A stretch of DNA of 64,000 nt from assembly GCA_040954595.2 (NCBI GenBank), contig CM082582.2, positions 9,477,483-9,541,482 on the forward strand. Direction: 5' to 3'. This DNA comes from Balanoglossus misakiensis (lineage: Eukaryota > Animalia > Hemichordata). The first letter of the stretch is position 1, and each line of letters opens with the position of its first letter. Under the pieces are notes generated by a model. That model was not told the origin of the DNA, ran no database searches, and saw only the letters and a program-made list of their open reading frames with translations. Shown piece by piece: positions 13,213 through 32,000 of this stretch. A program made the translations under genes and the position numbers.

Positions 13213-16200
13213 TAAAGTTTCTAAAATCTTTTGGTGGATGGGATTATAAAACACATTGCAGTGAAATTCGAAAGGAAATAACATTGTAGCTGTACCCGCT
13301 TTTAAAAAAACACAAACAAATATAAAATCTCCACTCAGACATCTTTTCTGTTCACCATCTGCCCGTAAAACTCTGCGTCCCGTTGCCCCTCAGAGGAATT
13401 GCTCTGCAGCCAGCAAAGTTCATTGTCGCACAAATTCACAATAAAAAGAAAGAGAAAGCAATCACCCAGAAAAACCCCCAAACACCAATTTTTCTTCCGT
13501 TCACGATGAAAAGATACAATGACCACTTGACTTTGACGATGATGAATCACGGACAGCATTATTTTATCAGAGAGATGACAATTTTAAGTGACATAGTGTC
13601 GTTGAAATTAAACTGTGAAATGGGTACCTGTGTGGCTGGGTGGTTTTCTTCGGGAATTCAGCTCGAATATAGCCCTTGATAATGGTCTTCTCTGTCTATT
13701 ATATGAAACAGTGACAAGAAAAGGAATTAGTACATTGACAGAGATAAATGTGACATTGTTGTTTCAAGGTCTCTGGCATGTCACGGGTTATTTTGAAAAA
13801 TGATTTATTTGTGCGGGGGGAGGGGGGACAGCGTTTTCTAATTGGTGTGAATGTTATGTGGATGCAAGGTGTGTGAGGGAAGTGTATTGGATGTGGAAGT
13901 CTTGCGAATAATTACCTGGTGGCACGCGCAACTGGTTGTTGACCTTTGTTGTGAGTTGTGGGAGGATGAAACTGGTATTTTTGTGCGATGGGGCTAAACA
14001 ATTTTGATGCCAACATTATAATTGTAAAACTCAACAGTTTTAAGGGACCTTTTTGCCTTGTCGATGAGGCAGGACCCTTGTCTCCTCTCCCATTTACTCT
14101 TAACGCCTTGAGATGTTCTTTTGTTTTTTCCCCATAACTTTTCACCAATTCACTGAGTTTGAAAACTGTCCAGTATTACAAAGAATGCAGAAATGTTCAT
14201 GTGGGGGGGGGGGGGGGGTTCTCTCATGGTAACAACTAGCCTGAGTGAACCAGGTAACCACGGCAACACTGACTGACCAAAATGGGAGTCTTCTTTTTCA
14301 CTTACAGGAAAGTGTTGCTACACTGTAACCTAAGCCAGCAGATTTTGATTGGACTTCAAGAGAAACTGCACCCTCACTGTTTTTTAGATGTCAAACTGAC
14401 GTGATGAAACGCTGAAATTTCACTCATACACAGCTTCCAAGAATCACTTAAACACTGCCTCCCCCCCCCCTGACGCGACGGCAGTCTTATTGGCGATGGC
14501 ATGAAACGGCCAAATCAGTCTGCGCAAACTTGTCAAAAAAAAAAAGACTACTCGAGTCTGGAAGGAAGAAGATGCAAGCAATTTCATACATAACCTTTCC
14601 GGGGAGATTTCATCCATCTTCTTTGGATTTTCATGGAGTCTAGTGTGAAGGACGTGACTTGTGTTTCGGCTTAATAGCTCCGTGTCTCTCCTCCCTGCAT
14701 GCCCACCTGTCAAAATTACAACCGACAAGATTGATCTTCACAGTGTGTCTTGCACGCATCTCAAAAAAAAAAAAAAACTTTCTCGGCAGAACGTCTCCGT
14801 TCTCAGTAACAACAAGAGAGAAGAAGTAGAAAAAAAATAACCACGGCGCTACTTTTGATTGACCTCTGTGTCTCCAATCGCGGCGAGGCAGAACCCTTCT
14901 CACTTTTTTGTGTCAATTTGCAATTTAATTTTTGATGCCCGGATGAAAAATATCACAAGTTTCTCTCGTCATCACGGTGATGGATGGACGTCTCTTTGAC
15001 AAAAAATGCGACAAAAAGCCGTGATTGTCAAGGAAATACAAACTAACCTTAAAATATTAAAGATTCTTGGACCTGTTGGTGAGTAGCTGAGATCGGGGCG
15101 TTTCCTTGAGATACAGCGTCTCCTGATTTTCTATCCCCCAGAGACTTTGCCCGTCTTCAGTCCGATTTTTTGTTCCGGGCACTATCAAAACTTCTTCCGT
15201 GGTCGGATCTTCGAGTTATCAAATCTGTCAGGGTTGAAGGTCAAGGACAAGGAGGGAGAGAAGTGAGTGGAAGTAATTCTGAATTGCCAAAATCAGATTA
15301 TCTGAACCAAACTCTTGATACAACTCCTTCAGAAAGCTTTCAAAAAAGGGGCAAAAAAATCACAAAGTACACACTCCAAAAACATTAACACAAGAAGGTC
15401 GTGTTCACTAACAATTCTTCAGAAATTCAGGTACGGTATTTGGGAAGAAGAATTCACTCAATCAGACATCTCATTGTTGTATATTACATTGTACAATGCA
15501 AGGATCTTTTTATCCCTTTTCTCAAAAACTTGTTGTAAAAAGTCACCTTTGGATGTTTTCATCTGGTAATTTTATTTAGGTTATGGAAGTACTTGAAAGT
15601 TTGACAACAGATCTGGTGCACAGTTAAATGCTAAAATTATCTGTTGAATCAAAAGTAAAATTTCTAAAAAATCTTGGCCATTTAACTTCAAACTTAGAAT
15701 ATATTCCATCACTAAATTTCATTTTGCAGACATTTCTGTCATGTTTTTTTTTTAGTTTGGAGAGGCGATGCGGAAAAACTCAAGAAGTGAGTCATTTTTC
15801 TTTAAAGTGCTAGATTAAAAGGTAGATCGTATATACTGACCTATCTGAGCTCAACGAGGGATTGGCACCTTGTCGCCAAAGCAACACTTGACCCCCGACC
15901 CCCGGACGGGACAATATTGGTGGGGGCAACTCTGACAAGCACTTAAAGACGAGCCAGCGCGATGGCAAGATATAAGCACATTAAGTCAAGTTGCTATTCT
16001 TACGCCATCCAGTTTCCATTTACACCTACGCCGTCTGAAATTATATTACGGGTAAATGCATGTCAAGATGTGTGTCTATCCCAGGAAATGAAGGTTCTAT
16101 CATTGAATTGTGGTTCTCTATTATCAAGCCAGTCATTGCAGAGTATAAACTTACAAGCTCTAGACTTTGCGCAGTCGCCACCACCACTACAAGATCAGGT

Positions 16201-17290
16201 GTATATAAATTCACTTAGGGATGAGAGCGAGAGAGAGAGAGAGAAAAAAGAAAAGAAAAACCTTGTCTTATTCATATTTCTCTGACACGGGACCCAGTCT
16301 GGGGGAAAGAAAAGTTATTCCACTGACTGGCGATCCGTGAGTTTCCCATTTTCGTTCGGCAAAGTCTGGGAAACGGATGCCTTCGCCAGTAATCATGTTG
16401 GGGGGAAATATTGCAGGCATTTTCTTGGGGGAATTGGCGAATTGTGGACATTTGCGAGACAGATTTCAGCTGAGCCAAATTGAAGGTGCCCTTACAAACA
16501 GGGCAGTTTGCATCTGACAAAACTAGTTAACTTTTCATCTCCTTGGAGGAATAATATCCATACACCAAGTGACGTGGAGTCAGAAAATTTTGAATTTCGC
16601 CCGCAGGCCTAGAAAGCTTGAGAAATCTATTTTCTCATTTAGGGTGACATGTTTGGCTTTGTGTTTTTTTTCCCTCCCTCTTTCTAGTTGGGCCTGGAGT
16701 AATGATAGCCGTATTAGTGCACACATCAAATATGCTCAGAAAGGCCATCACTGTGAAACTGACATTCTGAAATGTACATACCACTGATGGACGCTAGTGA
16801 CTGGCATGCAAGGGGGAAAATGTACATTACTGACTCGAGAAACGCTCAGCTTAACATAGATTAGAGTGAGTTGACATGGCGCAAACAGCATTCTTGCAGG
16901 TAGATCTAGTACTCGAACAAAAATTTGATTGTTTTACCAGGTTCGTTTTTATGGTTGGCAAACAAAGCGCCGGAGAAATAGATTTGGAAAGAGGAATAAA
17001 AGGCCATACTTAAATATGTTATTTCGTTTTTATGAGCTAAGAGCCAAGATCTGATTTTTTTTTTTTGGGGGGGGGGTATAGGATATCAGAACATTAGTGA
17101 TCTATCCGAAGATAAGATTGCATTTTTCGAGATACTTATTTGATATTTATTTTGAAATCAGCACTTTGCAGGATAACAGGCCTGTACGTGTTTGTTGGTG
17201 CTGCGACTGAGAGATGATAGAGCTCTCTGTCGAGCTGGCTTGGTAGGAGGAAGGGGGGGGGGGAATAAAAAAGTTGGCTCAATCGAACAC

Positions 17291-17314
17291 GAGAGAGAGA
17301 GAGAGAGAGAGAGA
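17291..17314. repeat. (GA)12 microsatellite
   Basis: Read directly. Confidence 0.9.
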
Positions 17315-17996
17315 CTTAAAAGTGACGGTGATGCTGCATGACACAGGCATAAGTCAGTGTAAGAGGCAAGACAATCTGTGAGTATTTCTCCCCGGGTGAT
17401 TTTCCTCGAGTCTTTACCATTAGCCGGCTAATAAACTCCGCGCGATTACGTCAGCAAGATTGAAGCCGGAGACCTGGCCGCACCACTTTTCAACTTAAGG
17501 GCTTTGGAGAAAGACTTCCTGTCAGAAATATTAATGAAATTGAAATGCCGGGAAGATTTTCACACATGGCTCTAATGGTAATGGATCCAGCCGTTTTGAC
17601 ATTATCCCGGGTCCCACAAAGTAATGATTTGAGCCGTTTTTTCGTTTCGGCTTTTTTCGCTTCTTCTTCTGGTTGCTTTTTTTAGGGAGTTAAGCCGCGT
17701 CGATCAATTTACAAAACATAAGCGCGAAACGAGCAAGATTAGCAGTATGATAAGCTGAGGCTGGAAATACACAATGTTAAGATGCATCCATCCTTTTTGA
17801 CAGTTTCGGCACACAGTCCATTTCTCTGGACAAACAGGAATTGTAGTGACAAGTCCACTTTGCTCTGCCATCGCTGTATTGCATTTAGCAGTATTGTCAA
17901 ACTAATTTAAGTGTCTCCTTCGCTTTCCTGTGTCTTTAATACACACAGAAATACCCAACATGCATGTGGAGTGATTCAAAATCAATTGCCTATGCA

Positions 17997-22019
<4,023 letters not shown>

Positions 22020-25000
22020 TGGACGTCTTCTCTTATGTCCACGTCTACGGCGATAATGTCGCCATTCTTTTTCCCCTGGCGACGTTCCAAATCCCGCAGG
22101 AGAGATTGTAGCAGAGGCGATTTTGACAGCAGCCCTATGTTTCAGGAGTTCCTGGAAATCTTCAGTGGATTCCAAACTGTGTCGGTGGGATTTGTCGTAC
22201 AGCCATTGCTGACTGTCTCCTAATACCGTCAAATATTTCAATATGACAGCTGGGGATTTCCTCGCTCCGTGTAGGCGCTTGTCATTTCTGTCACTTCGTA
22301 TATTTCTGTCTGTTCATTTTTTTCAGTTGTTGTCAGTTAAAAGTTGTACCAGGAAATGCTTTTCTGATCAACTCTACGAGTTGCAGTTAAAATTTTGTCA
22401 AGGTCATGACATCAAGGTCAAACATGTCATCCAAGAACACCTGTGAGTCTGTATGGACTCAAAATTTTTGCCGATTTGCTTTTTTTTTTTGGAGGTTCGT
22501 ACTATTTTGTTTCGTGAAGTTCAATTAAACATGTCCATACAGAACACTCTGACTCTAAAAATAGAGCTCTGCTTAGTTTTACTACTTTTACAGTGTATCA
22601 GTTATCTGAAAATCCATAATTAAAAATTGTTTTCCCCATAGAGTTGACGCAGACTTCAGTCTCCACTCTGACTTTCAAATATTGGTAAATTTGGGATAAT
22701 TTGGTTTCCTAATCCTGCAAATTTGCATGGTCAACACAAATTTTCCCCCATCAAATGATTTCATTAAAGAACAATTTCAATGTCTGAATACCCAAGCAAT
22801 GTAAAGCAAAAGTTAAAAGTTCAGAGTGTATTAAGCACATCCAGGGTAGAGATTGTGCAAAATTTGACAAATTTAAGATCCAATCAAGATTTGACGTATA
22901 AAATAAATATCCTCATTTATTTTGACATTTTCAAATATTTACATGAGGTTGAGATTATTAATTTCCTTTGAATATAAAATAATATGCAGACATTTTAAGT
23001 TACATCCCAGCCATGAAATATGGATTATAAAAAAAGTTTCCCGTTACAAAATTTGAAAATAACTTATATTCTGAAAATGCAGCAGTCAGCATTGAAAAAA
23101 AGTATGTATAATTCTGTATTTCGACCAATGAAAAGACGATCTGGAATAGCGTGTCTCCTCGTGGACGATATAAATGGAAGTTTTAAAAGTCAAACAGGTG
23201 ATTAATGGATCGTGAGACTAGAAAACCTGTAGGATGGCCAGCTTATCATTGACAAAAGCAAGCAGTAACATTATGTGCAAAAAAAGTTATGTGAAAACTT
23301 TGTTCGGAGGAAAAACTCAAACTTGTTCAAAAAAGTGTCTCCGATCCAAGAAATTAAAAGTTCATTTTTGAAAACTTTTGACTTCACTCTCAAAGATGGC
23401 AGTGATATGCAAGACAGGAAATCACAAGGAATTCCTCACAACCAGGCACACGTCACTCACTCGATGACAACCACATATTCCTTTACTTTTTTTATGCCGC
23501 CGCTTCGACTTTCGGATCAACCGGTGGAATTGGTCTCGGACCTCACCAACCTAAAAAGGAATCAAACAGAAGAAAAAGGATTAGTAAAAACATGAACAGT
23601 CACTTGGGATACTTGGCCAAGCCGACAGACACTCTGGTAGCATTTGATGCAGTGAATATATTATTTTGTTCGCATAAAAGTCAGATTGGGTGTTTGCCCC
23701 AGGCAGGTCAAAGTCCCTAATCTGAAAAATACTACTTTGATATTGAAATTATGAGCCCGAGTCTTCAGCTGGACATGAGCTTTCGATGTTGAGAATTGCA
23801 GATTGGCATCGTAAATTGAAATCTTATGTCGGGCGATGTCTTGGGAGTTCCCTTGCAAAATGAAGTCATTTGAATTTTTATCCGCATTCATATATATCAG
23901 ACGGGGTTCTAAACTTGCATGACTTTCTTTTTATGCATGGAAGGCGCGTCGGAGACACCTGAATTACCCGCGCCAACCAGGCACTGCTTGCATTTATTTT
24001 GATGATTTTTTTTCCCGTTCTTCCTTTCTCATCAATCAGTTCTCAATTATGAAAACTCGCCAAAAAGTCCTGCGAGAGCAAAAAGTCATTTTCTTTGGCA
24101 CAGATAGCAACTCGGATATTTAGGCAAGAAATGGCATTGGCTGCTCTGTGAGGGGGAAAAATAAGCTCTATCAGACGCCGAAATCTCTCATTTTCATGGG
24201 GGACAAGAGTTGTGCTGTCGGAAATCAATGTTTTGATCGTTAATTCTCCCCAGTAACAAGTGTAGACAACCAGAGACCGGGTGGAATCTATAGCAGGGCT
24301 GGGGTTGAGAAGTCTGAGACTTGTGCAAGATGTCTTTTTTCGGGGGGTTTGGTGCGTTGGGAGAATACCTGCCTGGGTGTCCCTGAAGTGTGAAAAGGTG
24401 CACGGCAGGTCACCGTATTTATCAGCCAAACAAGCCTTCTGCTTTGAAATATAAGTATCAGAGCCCTTGCCTGTAATTGCTAAGGTTACAAATCTTGATA
24501 GTATTGGGGAGTCTGTGTGTGTATGTAGGGTGCTTGGTGACAATGCAGTCACGGACCTTCAGTGCCCCGAGGTTTGTTTAATGACTCTAAGCTTGTCCGA
24601 TTATTTCCCGTCATATTAGAGTAATGCCCAAATCACTCTCAGCGCTTATTAACGGCAAACTATTATCAGAAATTAGGGGAAAATGGAATTAAAATGTTTG
24701 TCGACAAAAGAAGGAGAAGAAAAAAAAAAGCGCACACACGCTCTGACAGTCAGGGGCAAATAGGGGAGTCAATTCTTTTAACCCCGAGGTCATGCCCCTG
24801 CTAAACAGCCAGCCAGGCATATCCTTCTTATCCCACACATCCCAACAATCATCCTCTCTCTCTACACAAACATTATTTCAAAATGGCCAAGTAGCAACCC
24901 CGGCTAAAACAGCAATTTTTTTTCCCCTCTGTTTCGTTTCCCCTCCAGGTTAACTCCGATTTTGTTTTAGGGACCGAAACGCTAATGAAGCCAAATTTCA

Positions 25001-28000
25001 AGATGAAATCCACACTCTGAAGATTCTGGTTATTACTTCAAATTGATTCGCTAAATAAGCTGACAGTGAACATTTTCGCAGATGAAATCAGAAGTGGTAT
25101 GAGCACCCTCCAAACTAAAGCCCATTTATTTACTATAGAGCTTTTTAAGTAAGTACTTTTCCCGAGGCTAAAACCCATATGACAAGCTGAATAAGGTAAC
25201 AAACAGACAAATACATCTCTTGCACAGGTCTCCTCGGAGTTGAGCAATCTCGCGTCGAAGCCAGCTCAGTCAGCTATCAGTAATGAGATGCTCCATACAC
25301 TCCTCTCCATTGCCTGATAACTCCTAAATGTAACCGGCTTTACCAGCAATTTGTCTGTGCGTCAATTAAACCCACACACCGCTCACATAAAAAAAGAGAG
25401 AGACAGAGAAAGCTGAACAAGAGGTTATCACAGCAGTTTTTTTAAGGACACACCTAATTACAATCTTCTCACTTTCAACAGGAGTTGCCTTTTCGCCGTG
25501 GTCTGACCTAAACTTTTGCGTTGGCCTGCGGGCAGAACCGATGGCCCGTACCGACCCAAGCTCTCTCAATCACTGTCGTCAATAGAGTGGCTTTTCTGTC
25601 TTCGCGTGTCAAAGTTGGTCTATTGAAAATATGACCAAATGAAATTAAGGCAGGACAGATGCATCAGAGAGAGAGAGAGAAAAAAAAAACACCCACTGGA
25701 GCTTTTTAAGTGCCCTAACCAAGGATGTACACAACATGTTACCCCGACAGATATGATCCAAATTGCGGCGCACAACCGAAAATAAAATGGAATAAAAACC
25801 ATTGCAAAAATAATTTATTGCAGCGTACAAGATCCTGGGGCACTTACCCTCCATTGTGACTTTTATTTTTCTTATTGCATTTTACTGAAAAATAATTCGG
25901 TAATAATGCAGAGTGATTAGGGTAAAATGTCTGAAAGGGCTTGACACCGTCACATTTATGGCCTTCTTTTATACATGCCTGCTGGGGATTTTTGCATAAT
26001 AACGCAAAGTAGACATAAAAAATGTGAAGGATGTCGGGGAACAATGGGCCAATTTCCCCCGATCGTGCGTGCGTCGAGCATGCAGTCTCCCCCCTTCAAC
26101 TCATTCATCCGCAGCACTAAACATTAATTTACAGAAGAATTATAGTATAATTTCTGTTTGTTAATGAAAGTGGATATGGGCTGTAATTTTAGCACTCCCT
26201 CAGTGATTCTGATGGCAAGCGAGACCTGTCCCTCGATAACTTTATACCTCCAAAAGCCCATTTATTAATACATTTTGCCTGCGGGGGGAATTAGACGAAA
26301 AAAGGGGGGAAAAATGAAAAAGGATAAATGTCTTGATCTGATATGATGTGGAAATACTTCAAATCACGGCCGACGAAAAAAACACGGGCTTGTGCGCTCT
26401 GTGCATTCCACTGCAATCTCGGAATTGCTCAGCTCAAAAATCAAAACTGATGACTGTTAAACTCGGCAGGTGGGTGGCACCCAGGGTTGTTAATGGAAAA
26501 TAGGAGCAATCATACATCAACCGGAGCGTCATTTACATAACGTTAGACGGCTGTCTCTATATATACCTGTTGTGGGGGTACTAAGCCCCTCCCCCTTTTT
26601 TTTCCTTCTCGCTTCAGAGAACCAGTCGCTCCCCTCCTTAAACTTGATTTGGGGGGAGAGGAGAGGCAGCGTGTCTGTAAACACTGCGAGGTCCGCGTAG
26701 TAAAAATTCCTGCAGGTTTTTATTGGCCGTCTTGTAGACTTTGATTTGATGGAAATCGCTGCTTCTCTGACAACATCCATCACCACAAGTATGATCTACT
26801 AGTGTTACTAACCGTGCCTTCCTGAAGGGCCTGACACGAGCTAACAAAGCCATAACTATTATTCCTGAACTTTGTCCACGAACATATAAAATAACAAGAT
26901 GACATGGCTGACAGCTGTGTAAGCCCTCGAGGAAGAAAAATTGTATGCGGGCAGCAAATGTTTGAAAAATCTTATCAACTTCGCTAGGTGAGCACGCGTG
27001 AGTTTATCACACTTCATCAAATGTTTCCTCCTATATTTCCTCCGACTGTTCACTGAGAGAGTTTAAGTGACAGAGTGTTCAAGTCGTGCTACTGGTGTCT
27101 TCCCAGAATGCTGTGTGAGCGCAGCTAAGTATCCCAGAATACAGCAGTGCAGTGAGGGTTCTAACAAGCGTTAGTTTCTCTGGCATAGCCAGAGTTCTAT
27201 GTAACTGTATTAATAACTCTGGGCAGCATGGTTTTGCAAAAGAAAGGACAGAAAAATCAAACAACACAGTTTAAATATTAACCATCAGCGATCTCACCCT
27301 CAAGAAATCACATATCAACAAGTAATTTCTGAGATACGGATCGCCGTAAACTTTCAAAAGCGAGTTATCGAGATTATTGTCATCTTGTTGCCCTGCATCC
27401 TGCTCTCCTTAATCAACATAATGCTGAGGAAGACTGCGGGCAAGGCGAGGTGACAAGCTGGTGATAGCATGTCATTTATCTCAACTTGCCTCGGCGCTCG
27501 ATCGCCGGCCATCCTCGCCTGTCACCGAATATATCACATCGCTTCACAATCAAGTTGAATGTTAATGCCCAGATCGGGATGACAATGTTAATGCATCTTC
27601 CGAGATGACCATTCTGATTGCAATTGTCTACCTGTCCAGATTGCAAACAAACTAAGATTTCTTCGGGGGAAGGAACAACTCGTGTCCGTTCTGTGGCTGT
27701 CCGTGAGGAGCATCTTAAGCACTCTCTTGCCACGATGCTACATTCTTGACCAGCCATCCCGAGACACGACCCTTATTTATAGCATTCACTGCATTATAGT
27801 ACTCCCCATTCCACAGTCAAAAGCTGTAAAATCTTGTGGGGGTCTTAAGGTGGGAGACTATACCCAGATGCATTGCATTATGATATACAATAGTCTTCTA
27901 TGTAGAATTTTGAGAAAACACTGTTGCAATATTGTCATTTTCTTCAAATTTTCCCAATGCAAAAAAGAGTATTAAACGATATAAAGAAAACACCATGTCA

Positions 28001-28972
28001 CCATGCTTGATTTTATGATAGAGGTGTTCAGATATTTTCACCACAGGAAACCTATACCATGAGGAGTGCAAGAAAGTGCTGACTCAGCCAAACTGATAAC
28101 TATATGACCAAAGAAACATTTCCAGCTGTCTAAAGTTGCTTTATTCTTAAACAAGTGCCCAAGTTTTGCTCGGAGGAAGAAATTAAATTATTGAAAACCT
28201 GAAACAAGTGACAGGACAGAGAGGGCAATTACTGAGTGAATGAACAAACATATTTAAAATGAATGTGTCAGTGAGAAGGAATGAATAGATGTTTTTTTAA
28301 AGTACCCGGTGAAAAATTGAATGACCGGGCGTATGAATAAATCATGAAATGAATATACGGGCACTCATAAACACAAATATGTCAAGAATTCATCAGTTTG
28401 TGTTTGGGGATGAATTATTCACGGTGTTTAAACTAAGATGTTGACAAGTTTTAAATTTGTTAACTTGTGCAGTTATGTCGACAGAACATGTCCAAAACCC
28501 ACACATTTTCCGAGATTTGATCCGAAACTCATTACCCGAGCTTCAGGACCGGTCTTAAATTGCCACCAGTGATAAAAACAAATCTATCCAGAGGGAAAAG
28601 GAAAACAATTAATAAAAAAGCATAGGTAAACAAAGCTATGGGAAAGAATTTCGGGGGGAAATTCTCCAAAGGACGGTGAATATAGATGGGTTGCCTCCTC
28701 CCAAGACAGGTTCATCAGATTGGATTCATGTCCCCAAACCCCTCTGCAGCCTTAAAACTTTTTAAAAATAGTCTCAGACAGATCTTTGTCTGTGTGATGT
28801 CAACTTTTTTTTCTCGTTTCCTCAGAAAGTGTGCAGCACTTTTTTTTGTTTTCAGGAAATGTGGCCGTGGATTAATATTCCGACAGACGAGTCTAGAATT
28901 TTTATGTGCAAAAACAATGAAATTGATATTGCCAGTAAAGTCATGACCAGTCAAGTTAAAATTTACTGTCGA

Positions 28973-29040
28973 TTACGGTAGTCTGCACCTTTGGGACAGA
29001 TTTTTTGTAAATTGATGGCCCTCTAAACTTTTCAATTCTT
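28973..29040 (+). mobile_element. Possible degenerate terminus of a non-autonomous DNA transposon (MITE)
   Basis: ttacGGTAGTcTgCACCTTtGGgA resembles the reverse complement of 44105-44127 (tttaGGTAGTaTaCACCTTGGaA). Both begin at a TTAA-like site. Weak, degenerate similarity. Confidence 0.3.
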
Positions 29041-32000
29041 TCAATCTTTGCTATATTAAAGTGTGTAAGGAGTCAGTTATGGACGAAAACACTGAATATA
29101 ACACACACAGTGCGGGGCGCGGGTTGTAACGTGCACGTCTCTTTATGAGGTAACAGCTGACCTTAGTGACCCCAGATGTTTAAAGGGACATGTTCGAGGA
29201 TAATCATCATCTGTGAGGAACTGTTGCTTCTGAAGGACAGTTTCCCAATGAATGTGTGAAATAATCAGCGTTCAACTGAAATTGGTACAAAGCCACTTAT
29301 ATCCATATCTTTCTGGTCATTTTTTAAACAAAAGATTGTCTCAGTTCCCCACGACTGTCCTTGCTACAATAGCAAATTCTAGACTCACTCTAATATTTTC
29401 AATCAACCGTGGCAGACATCTTAGTTCTGCATTCGGTGCCACGCTTCATATTAGTCACGCTATTGCCATAGCACACACACCCGTAAATTCAAATTTTGTT
29501 TGTCTTCATGGGCAATCAAGGCAAATTTCTTAATTAATAGCCAGGGCTGGTTAGCATAATCGTTGACAATGACCCGTTTTGCTTCAAAAACTCAGCTGGG
29601 AGTCATCATATTTACATGGAAAGATTACCAAGAAATTTCTGCGGGTCTCGGGAGAGACGCGCACAGCGTACTTTTCGCTGATCGACTTTATCTTTCGTAT
29701 GCTGCTAGTGCTGAACTATGAAAATGTCATCTCAGCCAGATGTGTTGCTTGTCTGTACACACAGATAACGCAATTGCAGGACAACGGAAAGCATTCGATC
29801 AAATCTATCTTGCACACTTTGATTTCGGTGATAAACGATATCACACATCATATTCATAAGCTGTATGTTTCACTCACACAGCTAGGACAAAACATACCGA
29901 AACTAGAAAAATCCCGACTTAAAAACAAACTTAACAAAGCCTAGATTTCATATACATGTCATGTATAGACATACACACACACACAGATACATGCATGTTT
30001 TCCTTCAATCAAACCCTTACATTTAAAGTACCTTTTAACAAAAGTTATCCATCCGTAGCAATAACTAGGTAATAAGACAATGAAAAAGATCTCCCGATGA
30101 AAAAAAGCAACAAAAACAATCCGGACTCTGATGAAAAAGTGTTACCATGGCAACAATGTACATTACTGCTGATATTGTAAGACTTCCACGGGGAATTGCT
30201 GTAATCTCATCATAGCTCAGCATCAAATGTACTTCCTCTTATATATTTTCCTCTACCTCGGTTCAGAAAATTACAATCTACTTATTCAATATGGTTCAGT
30301 ATTCACAGCCGACCTTCTTGTTAATTTTCGAGGAAAGGTCTCTCGGAGAAGAAAAAAAAAACTTCTCAGGAACTTGTTCTGTTTTTCCACTCGAGTTGCT
30401 GGGTCCAATTTTGATTTCATGTCAAAATGGCCATCCAGGAGCTCTCCAACGCTCCTTGTGCAGTACTCGTAAAGGGAAAAGAGGCCTTTTCCAAATGTAT
30501 GATTTCGAGCATAATGTGATAAACCTCACACATTGGCTGACATAAAACTGCTTAAAAGCGCGGCCTCAGATACGGGCAGGCCAAAATAAATCTGATATTA
30601 AACTTTTGCGAGAAGAGCTCTCTTTGGGGGGATAAAATCCAGAAAAGTATGACTAAATTGTATTTCTAAGGATCACTCTCTCCAAGGCACTTTGCCGACC
30701 CCGGCTTTAATATCTGACACTCGTGAAGAAACGTATATGAGCGCATTTTATGCATTAACAGGGCAGTTCCGATTGGAGTTATTTTTCATGAAATAAAGAC
30801 CCTTTACATGACGTGCTGCCGTGACCTTTGTGTTTTATGGCCGCTAATATCACCAGATACTACTGTTCGGTGTAGGCAATCAAATGCAGATTTCAGCAAA
30901 AAAACTTGTTTCGTCTGCATTGCTTAGACTGCATTCTAGGAGTTTTTATCATTTTTATGTCCCTGCCGAGACATATTCCATACGTGGCATCAATTTTTCA
31001 GCGCGTAAAAGAGCACGTAGGAGCATGATCAAATAAACTTTTATCCCGTAAAGATTTCTGATGTATCTGTAGGCATTTATGAATAGAAAAAAATACGGTT
31101 TAACTGTTTGAGTGAAACAAAAATATGAACAGAAATCAAGTTAGACAATTACATTATTTTGAAAATCATTTTTTTTACTTGAGAAGTTAGATTCAAGCAG
31201 CAATGAAATTTACAGTGCGGGTGTATCTTTTGTGCTGTGAAAGTCAATATTATGCTTGTTGAACTCACCAATACAAAGGAGCTCCTAAAATAGGCGGAAA
31301 AAGAAATGGAGGACTTCCTGCTATAAAAAAGACACTAGTTCGCCGACACTACGCGCACACGGCTGCCTCATGGTCATTATTTTGGTTTTGTAACGAATGT
31401 TTGGTGCAAAGTAAAACTAAACCTACACCTGTATCGGAATAGATATAAAAATTATAAGTATAAATAAAAATTTGCCAGTTTGAATAGAAATTTTTGAAAC
31501 TGATTTCTGGCTCAGGTTATTATTATTCCGATCGAAAAAGTTGGTATGCAGCCAACGTCAGGCTTCTTGCTGGGGGGACAACTGTCAATTTCAAAGCCAA
31601 GGCCACGCAGATTCATACATTTTCCAAAACAACATAATTTATCTCCCCGGGTAAAAACAGTGCAGTCATGAATGAACATGAGGAAAATCGAATGCCACCT
31701 GATTGCACTGCTAGTAGCTGGCAATTTTAAGCACGTCAAAAACAGGAGAACCCAAATCTCCAAGGACCCGATTGTATCTGGCACAAGAAGCAGGAAAAAT
31801 AACGCAACGAAGGGAGAAACTTATCACAGGCCCATCAAAAAATGATTTTCCCGAGCTCAATATTGCAGCTGGCATATTGCTATTCCCAGTTAGCAACTGT
31901 AATTATAAAGCTGGTAGAAAGCTTGCTTGATAAGAGCTGAATGCGTCCATTCTGAACATGCCTCTACGGAGAAACCACTGCCTAACTACAATAATCAAAA

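Noticed and set aside
16272-16520. ORF beginning MSDANCPVCKG, suggestive of a RING or zinc finger
   Set aside because: Only one CxxC with no correctly spaced further ligands, a non-ATG start, and no clear exon boundaries.
24043-24552. 169-aa minus-strand ORF, the longest non-repeat ORF outside the terminal exon
   Set aside because: Non-ATG start, random-looking composition and no motif; the length is plausible by chance in 64 kb.
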